A stretch of DNA of 63,268 nt, the filler included, from Conidiobolus incongruus B7586 (Eukaryota): the NCBI GenBank assembly GCA_000697335.1. It is 6 parts of 6 records of this genome, joined end to end, with 100 filler letters (N's around TTAATTAATTAA, not from the genome) between each part and the next. Parts side by side here need not be neighbours in the genome. Positions count along the whole stretch, not along the records: positions 1 to 28,085 come from JNEM01006394.1; 5 more parts are not named here. One strand, written 5' to 3'. This document shows positions 1-13,345 of the stretch, piece after piece (position 1 is the stretch's first letter; each line of letters starts with the position of its first letter). The notes under the pieces were generated by a model. It did not search any database and was not told where the DNA came from. It saw nothing but the letters and a program-made list of their open reading frames with translations. Made by a program: the position numbers and the translations under genes.

Positions 1-400
1 TTTTAATTTTTTTAAGCTTTAGTTAAATTATAAGTTATTTATTTTATATTTTTTTTATTAATTTGAGTTTAAACTTTAATATATATAAAATACTTATAAA
101 ACTACTATTAAAATGTTTAGATAATTCTCTAATTAAAATAAAAAGGTGTTTTTTAATATAGTTTTTCACTCTATTAATAATTAAAATAATAATAGTTAAA
201 ATTAATCTTTTAGATTTTAACAGGTTTTAGATTATTTTTCTTTAACTTTAAAATAATTTACTTAAAAATAAATAGTTGATTTAAATAATACTTTATTATT
301 AAAAACTACTTATAAATTCTAAATAATTTTAAAGGATTTATAGTTAAGTTTTATTAATACTGAAATAAAAAACTTTTAATATTTAATATTTAGTTTAAGT
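1..400 (-). mobile_element. Hypermutated mariner-family transposase relic (N-terminal HTH region, runs off the window start)
   Basis: Minus-strand translation KLNYKSFKII*NL*VVFNNKVLFKSTIYF*VNYFK...IRELSKHF...K*ITYNLTKA*KN* reverts, mostly by A>G/T>C, to the mariner HTH (..VFGDEVPSKSTIYSWV.RFK) and WVPHxLTEAQK motifs. Similar to the relics at 27.6 kb and 53.4 kb. Boundaries approximate. Confidence 0.55.
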
Positions 401-451
401 ATGATTAAATTAAACAACCAATTTTAAAAAATTAATTTTTTAATCAAAAAA

Positions 452-488
<37 letters not shown>
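452..488. repeat. (AT)n microsatellite
   Basis: Near-perfect AT dinucleotide run. Confidence 0.9.
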
Positions 489-493
<5 letters not shown>

Positions 494-3400
494 AAAGATA
501 TATAATCTTCTATTTATTTTATATATATCTATTTATTTAAAACTAATAATATATTTGAAAAATCAAAAATTAAAAATTTTCCCTTATTTTAAATTCAATG
601 TAATATTATATTTAAAATATCAAAAATTGAAAAATAGGAAATCTTTCAATTTTGAGGTACTAATAAAATAATTCATTAATAAACTCTAATATTAGGTCAC
701 AGATATATAGGTAAAATACCTGAATAAGTAATCCATTCATATATATTATCAATATGTCAGTATTAAACCAATATTTTAAATCAATATATATATGGTTATC
801 GTCATTACTTAATAATAAAAATATAAATTAATTTCCACGAAACTTATACTAATTAATGAAAATATCATTAATTTTAATATTTATAAAGTTCAATGATATT
901 CAAGTGTATCTTCAGTAGCAGTTATTTTGGAAGGTTGTATTATTGATAAAATATATGATAATTTCGAATTAAAGTGGATATAATATTCTTTGATTTGAAG
1001 TTTGGCTAATTTTATATAAAATTAATTTATAAATTATATTAAAAGCTGACTTAGTTGATTTATATATATTATAATTTGCTCAAATTTTTGAATTGGTATA
1101 TAATTATTAATCAGTCTTTAAATGGATTTAAAAATCATAATTAAAATAAACATCAATTCCTTGAATATTTTTATTAAATGATAATTACAAATTACTATTT
1201 TATTTTTAAAATAATATCAAAAATTGGTAATTATTATTCAAACAATATGAATAAATCTCATAATCTATCTGAATATTATATAATTATTTCTATTATATAA
1301 AATGTAATATATTATCTATCAAACCAAAAATCTTTTTTCAAAAGATTTAATTAATTAATATTATGACTTTAATGATTACTCTATATCTTTTAAAATATAT
1401 ATTAAAATAAAATATAATACTTATCTAATTTGTGTTTATATTTAAAATATCTTTATTATAAATATTATTGATTGATCAATTAATAATATAATTATTTAAT
1501 TAAATCTATAAAAATCTGAATTCTTTTATACTATAAGATTTCTATTAAATGAAAATAATCAGTTATTTATTAAAAATTTAACAAATATTATATGTTTTGA
1601 TGCAAAAATCAATATAATAACCAAAATAAACCATTTTATTAAATATATTTATAATTAAGTGATATGATTAAATAAATATTATAATTATAAATTATTCAAA
1701 AGTTTTGTGTTAAATAATAAAACACTAAGTATTATATTAAGTAAAATAGAAAAATTATGTTAAATAGTTTGATAGTTTTATATTTATTAAAAACTACTTA
1801 TAATATGGAGTTTATAGAATATCGCTATTATAATTATCATAGATAATATAAAAAATTATAACTCTGAATATACATTAAAATATACAAATTAGCAATTAAT
1901 TTATATTAATTAATATATTTAAGATATTATAATAATATTAAAATATGGGAAATTTTTTATTATTTGATTTTTTAAACTCTTTCATAATTTTGAATTTATA
2001 ATTAAAAGTAAAATATAAGTAAAAATCAATGTTTTTAAACTGATTATTTACACTAGATAATAGTTTTTTGTTAAATATAATACTATTAAATTTAACTTAT
2101 GATCGATTTTATTTTAATTTGATTAAAATAACAGATGTCAAAGGTTATTTCTTTTAGCATTACTGGAAACTAAATTATATACCATTTGAAATTATTTACA
2201 ATCTTTAAACAATTTGTAAAGATAGTATATTTTTACATATTATTACTTATTGCTATATTTGTTTTTTATTCAAATTTATAAAGGATATTATAGAAAATAT
2301 ATTAAAATACAAATGATTAATTTCTTTTTGTCATTTTTTCACTTAATGATAAAATATATAGTAAATAAATAAATTTTTTTTATTTTAATTAAAGTATTTT
2401 TCTATAAATAAATCTATATATTTAATATATTAAACAAACTAGTATTACTGATATATATTTATATATTTATTTTATATATTATTGAATATTTATAGAAAAT
2501 CCTAATTAAATAAATTTAATAAAAAATATTATAAATTATATATAATTCAGTAAAAAATTAATTTCCAAAATATATTATATATATATTGATCCATTAATTG
2601 CTTAATCAAAAATATAATAAAATAGATAACAGTATTATATTATGAATATCTAGCAATAATATATAATATATATAAAACAATGTTTGTATCAATATCTATC
2701 TTTGTTAGTATAATATATTGAACATTATGAAATATTTATTTTAAATCCAGAAATTTAGATGTTGAATTATAGGTCATTATAAATATTACACATGAGACTT
2801 TATGACAATTTAATTACGTTTAATTTTTTCTATTATATAATGCGAAATAAAAATATGATAATTTTAATATTTATTTCAATTTGATTTATTTGAATGTGGA
2901 TATTTTAATATATTATTGAATTGATCAAATATTTGGAGAAATTTGACTAAAACATATTGAATTTTGATGAAATTTCAATAAATAGATATAATTAATAATA
3001 TAACCAACCAAAAATTATATTAGTTCTTACTTGTGTATACCAATAAAAGTTTATTAAAATATTAACCATTAAAAACATTTCTTTATTTTTTATATCAAGT
3101 ATCTGATATAAAATAGTTCGTATACTATACAATTTTGATATCACTTTCAAAAATTCAACCATCTCAACTATAATCTTATTTAAAAAATTATTTCAGTTAT
3201 TAGATATTATAAAATAATATTATATATAAATTGAATCAGATTATTTTTGAATATTAGGAATATAATGCTTTGGTATTAATCGAATATTGCTAATTTAAAA
3301 TAGAAAATGATCATTACTCGACATTTAACCTAATAATATCTTTCAATCTTTTTTATAGACTTTATTATCTTGAAATTGATAATCTTTTAGTAATATTGCC

Positions 3401-3564
3401 AGATTTATAAGCCATTTTGAAAGTTTATTAATATAAGATTGATTATAATGATGAAAATTAAACTTGATGTCAGATTTGTTTAATAAAAAATTTTAATAAT
3501 CTGACTGTTTTAATAAATATCAATTTCAAAGATAATTTATTATATTTAAATATAATTAAATTTA

Positions 3565-4611
3565 TTAAATACCAGTGAATAATTTAATATCGGCAGGTAA
3601 ATGTTTCCTAACCTTGATATTGGCTAATTTGAATAATTGAGTGGTTTCATTGTCCATCTTATAAGTTTGACTATATACAACTTCTTTAATTCCCATTTGA
3701 ATGATCTTTTTGGCACATCCTAATTAATCATTTAGTAGGAATATTGATGAAAATAGGCTAAATTTACCTAAACATGGACAAGTGTTACAATATAATATAC
3801 AATTTCCTCCACTCGTCCTCTCTCTACCAGCTTCCAACATTGCATTCTCTTCAGCGTGGATACATATACAGCTATCCAAGTTTCCTCCATTGGTGTTGCA
3901 TCGATTGCATCCGCCTTCATTGCAGTTTAGCACACCTTTAGGTGTTCCATTGTAACCTGTAGCAATTACGCGATTATCTTTGACGATGATACAACCTACA
4001 CGGCGTTTCATGCAATTACTTCTCAAGCTAGCTAATTGAGTGAGCAGAATGAAATATGTATCCCAACTGGGTCTCAATCTGTCGGGTTGCAACAAATCTA
4101 AGGAAGCGATGTGATTTTCAAATGATGGAATGTCTGTGTATGGATTATGAATAGTTAAATCACTCAAATTCATTATTTGGTAGAGGGGAGGGTTATGTGA
4201 ATAGTATAAATGATTATCACTTAATCGAATAAATTGATCCATTGTCGTATCTGGATGATCTTTTAAATATCTTTCAAACCTGAGATAAATAGGAGCTTCT
4301 AACCAAATAAAATAAAAGTAGGGTCTCTTCCTAAACATTCAACAATTAATCAAAAATAAATTTAATATAAAATATTCAATTTACTTCAACTCTGTCAATT
4401 CACCCAAACTTAAAGTACCATCAAATATTAAATTTTTATTATAATTAATAGTGATAAAATTAAAAAATTCTTTATAATCACTAAATTTTAATTGATTATT
4501 AATGGAAGTATCAGTGTTAAAATTTATAAATTCAAATTGGTGATTTTTGATAAAATAATGAATTAGTGTGGTTTTACCACTTTTTGAACTACCGTTAATA
4601 TAAAATAACAT
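3565..4611 (-). CDS. DCD1: dCMP deaminase with N-terminal P-loop-like domain; 3 exons (4611-4385, 4330-3768, 3719-3565)
   Basis: RPSWDTYF, RSNCMKRRVG, TGYNGTP, zinc motifs HAEENA and PCLGC (split by an intron). GT-AG introns 4331-4384 and 3720-3767 join in frame. N-terminal GSSKSGKT. Confidence 0.93.
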
Positions 4612-4759
4612 AATTGTTCAATTTGATTTAGTTTAATTAATTAGGAGATTAAATTCAAAATTGATTAATTTAGTTTTTTTTGTTGTAGATTTTGTCAAGT
4701 ATGGCTCATTTTGAATACTAAAGATATATGTTTATATATCAATTTTAGATTTGATAAAA

Positions 4760-4768
4760 TTATGGGAT
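4760..4768 (-). promoter_or_regulatory. ATCCCATAA upstream element (DCD1)
   Basis: Exact motif in the sense orientation about 150 bp upstream of the ATG; recurs upstream of five other genes. Confidence 0.6.
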
Positions 4769-5047
4769 TAAAAACAAATCAAGAGTTTGAATTACTATAT
4801 TTAATCAGTTGCAATAGTTACTAAAATGCTATGTTTTAAAAAACAGATATAATGAATCTAATATAAATAATGATTTTCAAAATATTGGCTGAAACGATAA
4901 TTTAATTAATATCAATTCAATTATTTAATGAATTTACTTATTTTACATTCTAATATATCAGGTAGACATCTTTGTTATTACAACAATCTATGTTAAACTG
5001 CTATCTTTATATATTATAAAATATCAAAATGAATGATATTTATTAGA

Positions 5048-6589
5048 TTAATGACAATCAGCATGGTAAGGAATGAATTTCTTAGTTTGAGGGTAATAAG
5101 TCCTATGAAAAGGAGGTAAAAATCCTAATTTTGCATCATGGAATTTCAAATGTAAATTGCATTTGGCACATTTTTCATTAAATATGGTATAGTATGAGAA
5201 GACCCAATGCTAATATTAGAGTTAATCAGTGATGTATTAATGATATATAATTAACGAAATTACCAAGAATGGCTCTAAAGCATCGTGATTGGAATCCGAA
5301 TATTCAAATACATCAATAAATGAAGGCATTGGAATGTGTTTCATACTCAATTCAGATAGTTTTCGTAATACTCCAAACTCGGAAGGCTCATTGAATTTAT
5401 GCTAATATCATAATTTAAATAATGTGAAATAATATAATATATTCAATGAATTTACATGTTCGTGGAATCCGTAAAATATACATTTGGAGATTAGAATTGG
5501 TGAAGTACTGGATTCGTGTTTAATATAAACTTTAATCTTTAAAATATGCTCTAAATATATCTAGTATACTATTTTAATAAAAATAATATTAGCTAGAGTA
5601 TATTATATATTACCACAAAGTATCCATATTCTTTCTCATTTAAATTAGGCTCTAATTCGAATTGATGATAGCATTTCGATTTATTTAACTCTCTAAATCT
5701 ATCTAATCGAACATCGATAGTTTCCACTTTTTTACTAGAAAATCATTAGTAAATATATTGCTTGAATAATCAAAACACCAACTTTGGATTAAATGGAATA
5801 GGATCTATTATCAATCGAAATTTATTGGGATGATTATTGTTATAATCATTTAGTAATCTATTAAATTATTCTATTAATACATTATTATTTTATATAATAT
5901 ATCATAATTACTGTAATGATTTATCAATACTCTGTCTAATTCTAGAAACTGAAGAATGAAAGAGAGTTTCATTTTCTTTATTTATTTCACCAAAACTAAA
6001 TTGAAATAAATATTAAATATTAATTATATTCATATAAACTAAAATTACTCTGATTTGGCAGAATTTTTTACTTCATTTTCCAATTTATTTATTGCACCTG
6101 AAGCTACTCTATTTTGAACTTCCATTAATAAATCTAATAATTAAATTATGTTAATCTATTGTGTAATATACAAGAATAAATTATTACCTGAATGATTATA
6201 AATATCTGATTTAAACTGCTGAAATTTAATAAATATTAAATTCAATTCTTCACTAAATTGATTAACTATAATTGGTATTAATATAGGTTATATTAAAAAT
6301 ATTATAAAGCATATATACTTTGATTTTCATTCATATTAAATTTAGATAGATTTTCAAATAAATCATTAATACTAATTCTAAAATTCTGTAAATTAAAAAT
6401 TAATTTAGATACGTTTTCAATATCGGCTTTAAGTTTCTCTTTTTTAAGTGCTATCTTCTGATCATTATTAATTAAACTCTCTTCAGTTGTTAATTCCGCA
6501 TTATTGTTAGGTAGGTTTCCATTGGTTTGGTCGTTAGTATCTTGGTTGATGTCGTCATTATTTGGTTTGGAATTGTTGTTATTGGACAT
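5048..6589 (-). CDS. MED27: Mediator complex subunit 27, multi-exon
   Basis: Last exon HWVFSYYTIFNEKCAKCNLHLKFHDAKLGFLPPFHRTYYPQTKKFIPYHADCH* matches the Med27 C-terminal W..SY..LF...C..C...L....LPP..R.......H..C motif. Upstream exon IYGFHE/PSEFGVLRKLSE and an N-terminal coiled-coil exon. Internal exon boundaries not all resolved. Confidence 0.8.
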
Positions 6590-6663
6590 TTTTTCTTAAA
6601 TTTGATGTATTATAATTTATGAATGTGACTTAATTTTATCCTAAATAATATGATTCAGAAAAA

Positions 6664-6672
6664 TTATGGGAT
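6664..6672 (-). promoter_or_regulatory. ATCCCATAA upstream element (MED27)
   Basis: Exact motif in the sense orientation about 75 bp upstream of the ATG. Confidence 0.6.
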
Positions 6673-7171
6673 TATTAAGATGAGTTTTCGTTCATATTAT
6701 ATTGCAGAGATCAATAAAAATCCTAATATATTTAGTATATATTTTTCTTTTAATTTTATATGAATAGCTATAACTTTTTATGATTTTCACTGTTAGATAT
6801 TGTATTTTAATTCTATATTACATTATTTTAAATCAAAACTGAAAACCAGATCAACAAAAAATTCTATCCCATAAGAATATTTATCTCAATATTATTATAA
6901 ATTTAGTCTGAAGTCTGACAAAACAATCAATGAAATTAATCCTATTGTGAATATTCCAATAAATCTACCATTATGAATTTCATCATTGTTCAAATTAAAA
7001 ATAATCTCAATTTAAATAGTATAAAAATTCAGGACGGTTAATTCAGAATAAATTTCAAATTAGGAATGAAGTATTGGATATAATTATTAAATGTTAGTAC
7101 AAAAGTAATAATTGATTATTTATTTATTTTAATAATCATTCATAAGGAATTATAAAATATTCTATTCATAT

Positions 7172-7506
7172 TGCCACGAGTCAGGTGACTCTCCTCCCAC
7201 GTAATATGCTTACTTCAACTGAATATAAGGGTCATTCCCCCCTCACGTGACCAACCACTTCAACCCTATCTTTTAATCAGCTAATGATACAACCCTCCAG
7301 AAAACTCCAGAAACCTACTACTCTATGCACTATATATAGAACCCAGAAACAGAGCTATTCTACACAAGAAGGAGTTCGATCTGGGTCCTCCCAGCTATTT
7401 GGCTTAAACCAATAAACCCCCTATCTCCCTAACCTTTACCTGGAATTCCCTAGATCCCTCTCTTTTGCTTATATTATTCCGGACACGGCTTTCCCAAGAC
7501 GTGTTA
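7172..7506 (+). mobile_element. Solo LTR (335 bp) with 4-bp ATAT target-site duplication
   Basis: GC-rich island beginning TGCCACG and ending CGTGTTA (imperfect inverted termini). Internal TATATATA and AATAAA. ATAT on both sides (7168-7171 and 7507-7510). Confidence 0.75.
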
Positions 7507-8633
7507 ATATATTTAAAAAACGGAAAATTATTCAATTAGTTAAGGAGGGAATTACCCATTAGAAAATTTAATAATTATGAATTAGAAATGGAATTAGATT
7601 AAATCAATTCATTTTAAGTTAATGATATTCAGGATTAATCATCAATGGGATTATAATCACCAAAAGATAGTAATCTGTTGATTTCAAATCTTCTTGCAAC
7701 TCATTCATTATTATATTCATAAATAGCTTTACATTATTATATTAGGGTTTATTTTTCAATTATTGTAAAGAACAATTATCTAATTCAATTCAAGATTTAA
7801 ACTTGCTCAAGGCTAAGGTATAATACAATAGCCATCATTTGTGTTTAATATTATTAGTAAATCAACCCTCAGGGAATCAATTGCATCATTTGATTAAACA
7901 AATTCAAATGCTGGAAAATCACCAATTCATTCAATAAATTAAGTGCGCTAATAATTTAGAACAATATTTAGAGGCAATTATATGATATTAATAAAAATAT
8001 TATTATTAATCATTGTTTATGTATAGTGTATTCATAATCAATTAAACAATTTAATTAAAATCATAATTCAACTGGAAATTAGATTAAAATTTAGGTATAT
8101 TGAATCAATCAATAATTACTTGCATTTTAACTTTAATTAATGAAAATTTAAAATTTGGGTAATTAAGATTTATATAGAATCATATATGTATATTGGTTAG
8201 CTATTGATAAAGCGTTTAGAGATCTGAATTTTTCACTTATTAATTGGATACTATTGATAATGCAAAATTTATCTCATTAATTTTAATAACTTTGTTACAT
8301 TTCATTTAAATTGATTATATTCTATAGGGAAAATTAAATCATCAACAATTTCAATTGTAAGAGTATGAAGATTTGAGAGTGTTGTTCAAATCTTTTTCAA
8401 TTCGATATATTCAGTTTTAAATAAGATTCAAATTATTGATAATGATATCAATTAAATAAGATTAAATTAATTAATACAACTGTATTATTACGCTACTCCT
8501 AAAAATCAATGATGATTTTGAAATTCTAATATTTAATCCAAGTATATACATATTGATATTAAAAATAAAAACGAATCTAAACAATATTTATTAGAATGGT
8601 TGGCAAGAATATTAAAATAAACAAAATCGACGT

Positions 8634-11600
8634 TTAGAAAAGACCTTTAACTTGTTCGGTTTCCAAGTCCAAATCGACATCGAAGAAACAGGGACGGGTA
8701 GGTAAACCGGGCATGGTCTGCATTTCACCTACCAAAGGATAAATGAACTGAGCACCGGCAGAGACACGGATATCTCTGATGGGAATGGTGAATCCAGTGG
8801 GAACACCCTTGAGATTGGCATCAGCTGACAAGGAATATTGAGTCTTGGCCATACAGATGGGCAAGTTGCTGAACCCTTGCTTGGTATAAGTCTCCAATTT
8901 GGACTTGGCTAAGTCAGAGTATTCGACACCAGAAGCACCATAGATTTCTGTGCAGATCTTTTCAATCTTTTGTTCAATGCTCCAATCAAGAGGGTAGAGG
9001 AATTTGAAGTCTCTGGGTTGATCTTTCTTTTCACAAACTTCAACGACAGCCTTGGCCAGGTCAACAGCTCCAGCACCACCTTCGGCCCAGTGATTAGAGA
9101 GAACAGCATCATAGGCTCCAGCTTCTTTAGCCTTTTGGCGAATTAAATCGATTTCAGCTTGGGTATCAGTGCTGAATTTATTGACAGCAACTACAACAGG
9201 AACTCCAAATTTGACAGCATTCTTGATATGGTGAACAAGGTTAGCAACGCCCTTTTCGAGTAATTCCAAATTTTCATTAGTGTATTCGGATGATAAAGGC
9301 TTTCCGGGTACAACGGCGGGACCACCTCCATGCATCTTAAGAGCACGGACAGTAGCAACCATGACGACAGCATCAGGAACGAGGTTGGAAGCACGGCATT
9401 TGATATTGAAGAACTTTTCCATACCAATATCGGCACCGAAACCGGCTTCAGTAACGACGTAACCGGGCTCTTGGCCAGAGTTTTCACCTTCGGTACCAGC
9501 AAGCTTCAAGGCAACCTTATCAGCCAAGATAGAGTTGTTACCATGGGCAATGTTTGCGAATGGACCGGCGTGGACGAAAACGGGAGTACCTTCAAGAGTT
9601 TGCATCAAGTTGGGTTTAATGGCATCCTTCATGAGGACAGTAAGAGCACCTCCAACTCCTAAGTCATCAACAGTGATGGGGACACCTGACTTGCTACTGG
9701 CAACAACCATGTTACCAAGTTTTTTGCGCATATCAGCCAAATCATTACTCAAAGCAAGGACAGCCATACATTCTGAAGCAACAGAAATATCGAAACCAGT
9801 TTCACGAGTCATTCCCTTTTCAGCAGCACCTTGACCAACAGTAATCTTTCTAAGGAAACGGTCATTGACATCCATAACACGGTTCCAGGTGATGGTCTCA
9901 GGGTCGATATCCAAGCGAGCAAACTTGGAGACTTCCTCGGGAGTTAGTTCGTTGGGGTCGCGAGCGGAAATGTCCAATTTCTCCAAACGCTTGATCATTA
10001 CATCAGCGAATTTACGAACTCCGTTCTTTTCAGGGCAGAGACGGTTGAAAAGAGCGGTGTCGGATTGAGTATTCTCGTGGAAGATACGAGCATCAATGGC
10101 AGCGGCTAAAAGGTTGTTGGCAGCAGTAATGGCATGAATGTCACCAGTTAAGTGAAGATTAAATTCGTCCATAGGAATGACTTGAGAGTAACCGCCACCA
10201 GCGGCACCACCTTTAATACCGAAGGTGGGACCTTGAGAGGGCTGACGACAACAAGCAATACAGACCTTGCGGAGATGAGCACCCAAAGCTTGGGAAAGAC
10301 CCATAACAGTGGTGGATTTACCTTCACCAAGGGGAGTGGGATTGATAGCGGTAACAACAACATACTTACCATTAGTACGGTGGCTTAAGCGATCCAAAAT
10401 ATTCAATTTGACCTTAGCCTTGTATTCACCATACAATTCTAATTCATTGGGAGCAATGCCTAAATCTTTGGCAATGATGCTAATGGGATGAGGATTTTGA
10501 GCCAAAGCAATTTCAATATCGCTGGGGACAGGTTTCAAAAGGGTAAGGGGATTAGGAGTGAACTTGCGCTTCAAGGATTCTTCATAGAATCTTTGTGCAG
10601 AGATTAAGGTGTTTTGTAATAAGAAAGCAACAGTCATGGGTCCAACACCTCCAGGAACGGGAGTAATGTAGGAAGAGACTTCCTTGGCAGCTTCGAAGTC
10701 AACATCTCCAGTCCAGCGATAACCAGCCTTCTTGGTAGCATCTTTGAACAAAGTTTAGCTATTTGGAAAATAATAATGAATTAATATATAAATTACCTGG
10801 AATGGAGTTCATACCAACGTCAATAACGACAGCACCAGGTTTGATCCAATCTCCCTTAATGAAATTGGCTTGACCAATAGCAACAACTAAAATGTCAGCA
10901 GTTTTAACCTACATAGTAGCAAAATGGATAAGTTATCTTAGTGTAATGATGTAAATGAATCACTTACAACTTCAGGAAGGTTTTGAGTCCTAGAGTGGCA
11001 TAAGGTGACCGTGGCATTTTCACGGTTTAACATATGGAAAACAGGAGTACCCTAATCATCAATTCAATACTATATCACTAACTTGTAACCCAATAATATT
11101 TACCACAATATCACTACGTCCTACGACTACAGCGGTTTTACCAGAAATAGTAATACCTATGATATATAATTAACTAATCAAAGTATATGATGCGTCAGTT
11201 GGAGAATGTACCTGATTTTTTGATCAATTCCATACATCCCATAGGAGTACAGGCAGAGTGTAAGGGTTTAACATTGCGCTTTGATAAATCACCAATGTTA
11301 GTGGGATGGAAACTAGAGTAAAGAAATCAGTAAAATTCAAAAGTAAAACTTTCTAGAATCAAATATTCGATGGATCAGGGTCATAGAGAGCGAACCAATA
11401 TTTTCAATTAACTCAAGATGCTAATGATACTGATGAATTCGATAAAAATCACTTACCCATCGACATCCTTTTCGGGAGCAATAGCGTCAGTGACCAACTT
11501 TTCATTGAGGTTACCAGGCAAAGGCAATTGCACTAGGAAACCATGGATGGAGGGATCATTATTCAAGTTTTTGATAAGCTTCATTAACTATTTCATAGAT

Positions 11601-11980
11601 TATTACAGAGTTACCCACTTGACTGTTAGTAATGAGGTTACCTCGGTTTGGGAAACATCTTCGGGTAAGTTATGTTGTTCGAAAGCGATACCAATCTACA
11701 TTTTCTAGTTAACTAACAATATATTGAAAAAATGTGATATTACTTCTTCAGCAGCTTTCTTCTTTTGCTTGACATAGAGAGTTGAATCCTCGCGGGTACC
11801 GACTTGAACAATAGCGAGTTTAGGCTGAAACGAGGATATTTATCCTTCCATTGGGTAATGGTCTGCTTCAAGTTTTCTCTGATTTGTCTAATATTGACAA
11901 TATCGTGTAAGTTATCAATTTTATTTAGTATTGACTATTACTTACTGAGCAGCCAATTTTCCATCTAAAATTTGGGCCAT
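8634..11980 (-). CDS. ADE3: Trifunctional C1-tetrahydrofolate synthase (methylene-THF dehydrogenase/cyclohydrolase plus formyl-THF synthetase), cytosolic type; multiple 5' introns; apparent 1-nt frameshift near 11829
   Basis: [12 protein letters not shown] start, [61 protein letters not shown]. No mitochondrial presequence. Confidence 0.93.
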
Positions 11981-13345
11981 ATTGAATTTTTTCAACCCAC
12001 CGAATAATATTTTATTGAAAAGTATTTTGAATGTAATATATTAAAAAATACACAAGTGATAGTAGGAGTAGTATTTATACTAAAATTTGAATTATTTTAG
12101 GATAAATTTATTATAGGTAAATTAAGGTGCTTATAAATTGCTATATTTAGCAATAATTGAAAAATGTCTCAGTTTTTTAGTTCAAAGGTGTGGCTGATAG
12201 AATTCGGGTGATGTCAATCATTCTCATTGGATTAAATCTGCATTTGACAATATGAAGCAAGTAGTACATTTCATTTCCTTGTGGGATTTTGTTACTATGC
12301 ATTCCCAAATTCATCTATTTTAAACTATTACAAGAATTTCAACCTCGTAAAATTTCCGAATTGAATAGGATCTAAACAGTTTTAAACATATTAATTATCT
12401 CTAAAAGAAATAACTTTAAGTGTTTTTTTGAAGTTTTTGACCCATTTTCAAGAATTTGATAGCAGTGTTTTTTAATTTCAATCCTGGTGGATAACTTAAT
12501 TAATTGTTCAAAAACTATCAAATTACAAAAATAAGGTATCAACATTCAGTCATATTAAATTATCCTTGTAGAATATTCATTCTTTCTATGCTATTTTCAA
12601 TCTTAGTTAATAAACTGTATATTGAACTCTAATTCTATGTTTCAACTAACAACATTGTGATTAATCATTTCAATTAATGATATAATTTTCATTAAATAAG
12701 AAAATAACCCCACTATTTGAAAATAATTATGACACCATCATATTGCAAGTTCATATTAAAAAGTTAATTTCTTGATGAGAAAATGAAATTGTTACCTTCA
12801 ATACTACATTTTCGGCTCAATTTGGTCACACATTTAAAATAGGATAAATAGAAATTTAAAATTATTGAGTTAAATGTGATTGTATAAAAGTTTTTATGTG
12901 GATTATAATTTTGAAAAGGACGGACAGCTAATGATATTATAAATAATTAATTATTAAATATAAAAAATATAGATAATTTTGCTTTACTTAGATATTTTTA
13001 ATCGTATAATGTGTGAGTTATTAAGAAATTATATACCAGATTTGTGGGGTGTAATTAAAAAGGAAGCTATAATTTAATACAATCAATCGATGAGCTGTTC
13101 AAATATATTCATTAATTAATGTTTTCTTATTAATATTAGATATATTGTAATAAAATTAGTTCAAAACTGAATTAATCTTGCTAAGGAAATTTTTAATAGT
13201 TTATTATTCTTTGGTTAAGTTTTACAATAAAGTAACAATAAATATTTTAATATATATTTAATATTGATTTAAATCGAGTATTCAATATAAATATAAAAGC
13301 GATTCTATTTAATTAATATTACATATTCAATATCTCTTGAAGATA

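Noticed and set aside
2700..3500. Possible decayed F-box/LRR-like gene remnants (also about 18700-19400 and 59200-60200)
   Set aside because: Only vague coding-like texture with many stops; cannot be supported without a search.
8909..10491. Many overlapping alternative-frame and antisense ORFs inside ADE3
   Set aside because: Shadow ORFs caused by codon bias in a long GC-richer coding exon; no independent motifs.
3565..11980. DCD1 and C1-THF synthase as a thymidylate/one-carbon gene cluster
   Set aside because: Two loosely related genes separated by MED27; chance adjacency is sufficient without synteny evidence.
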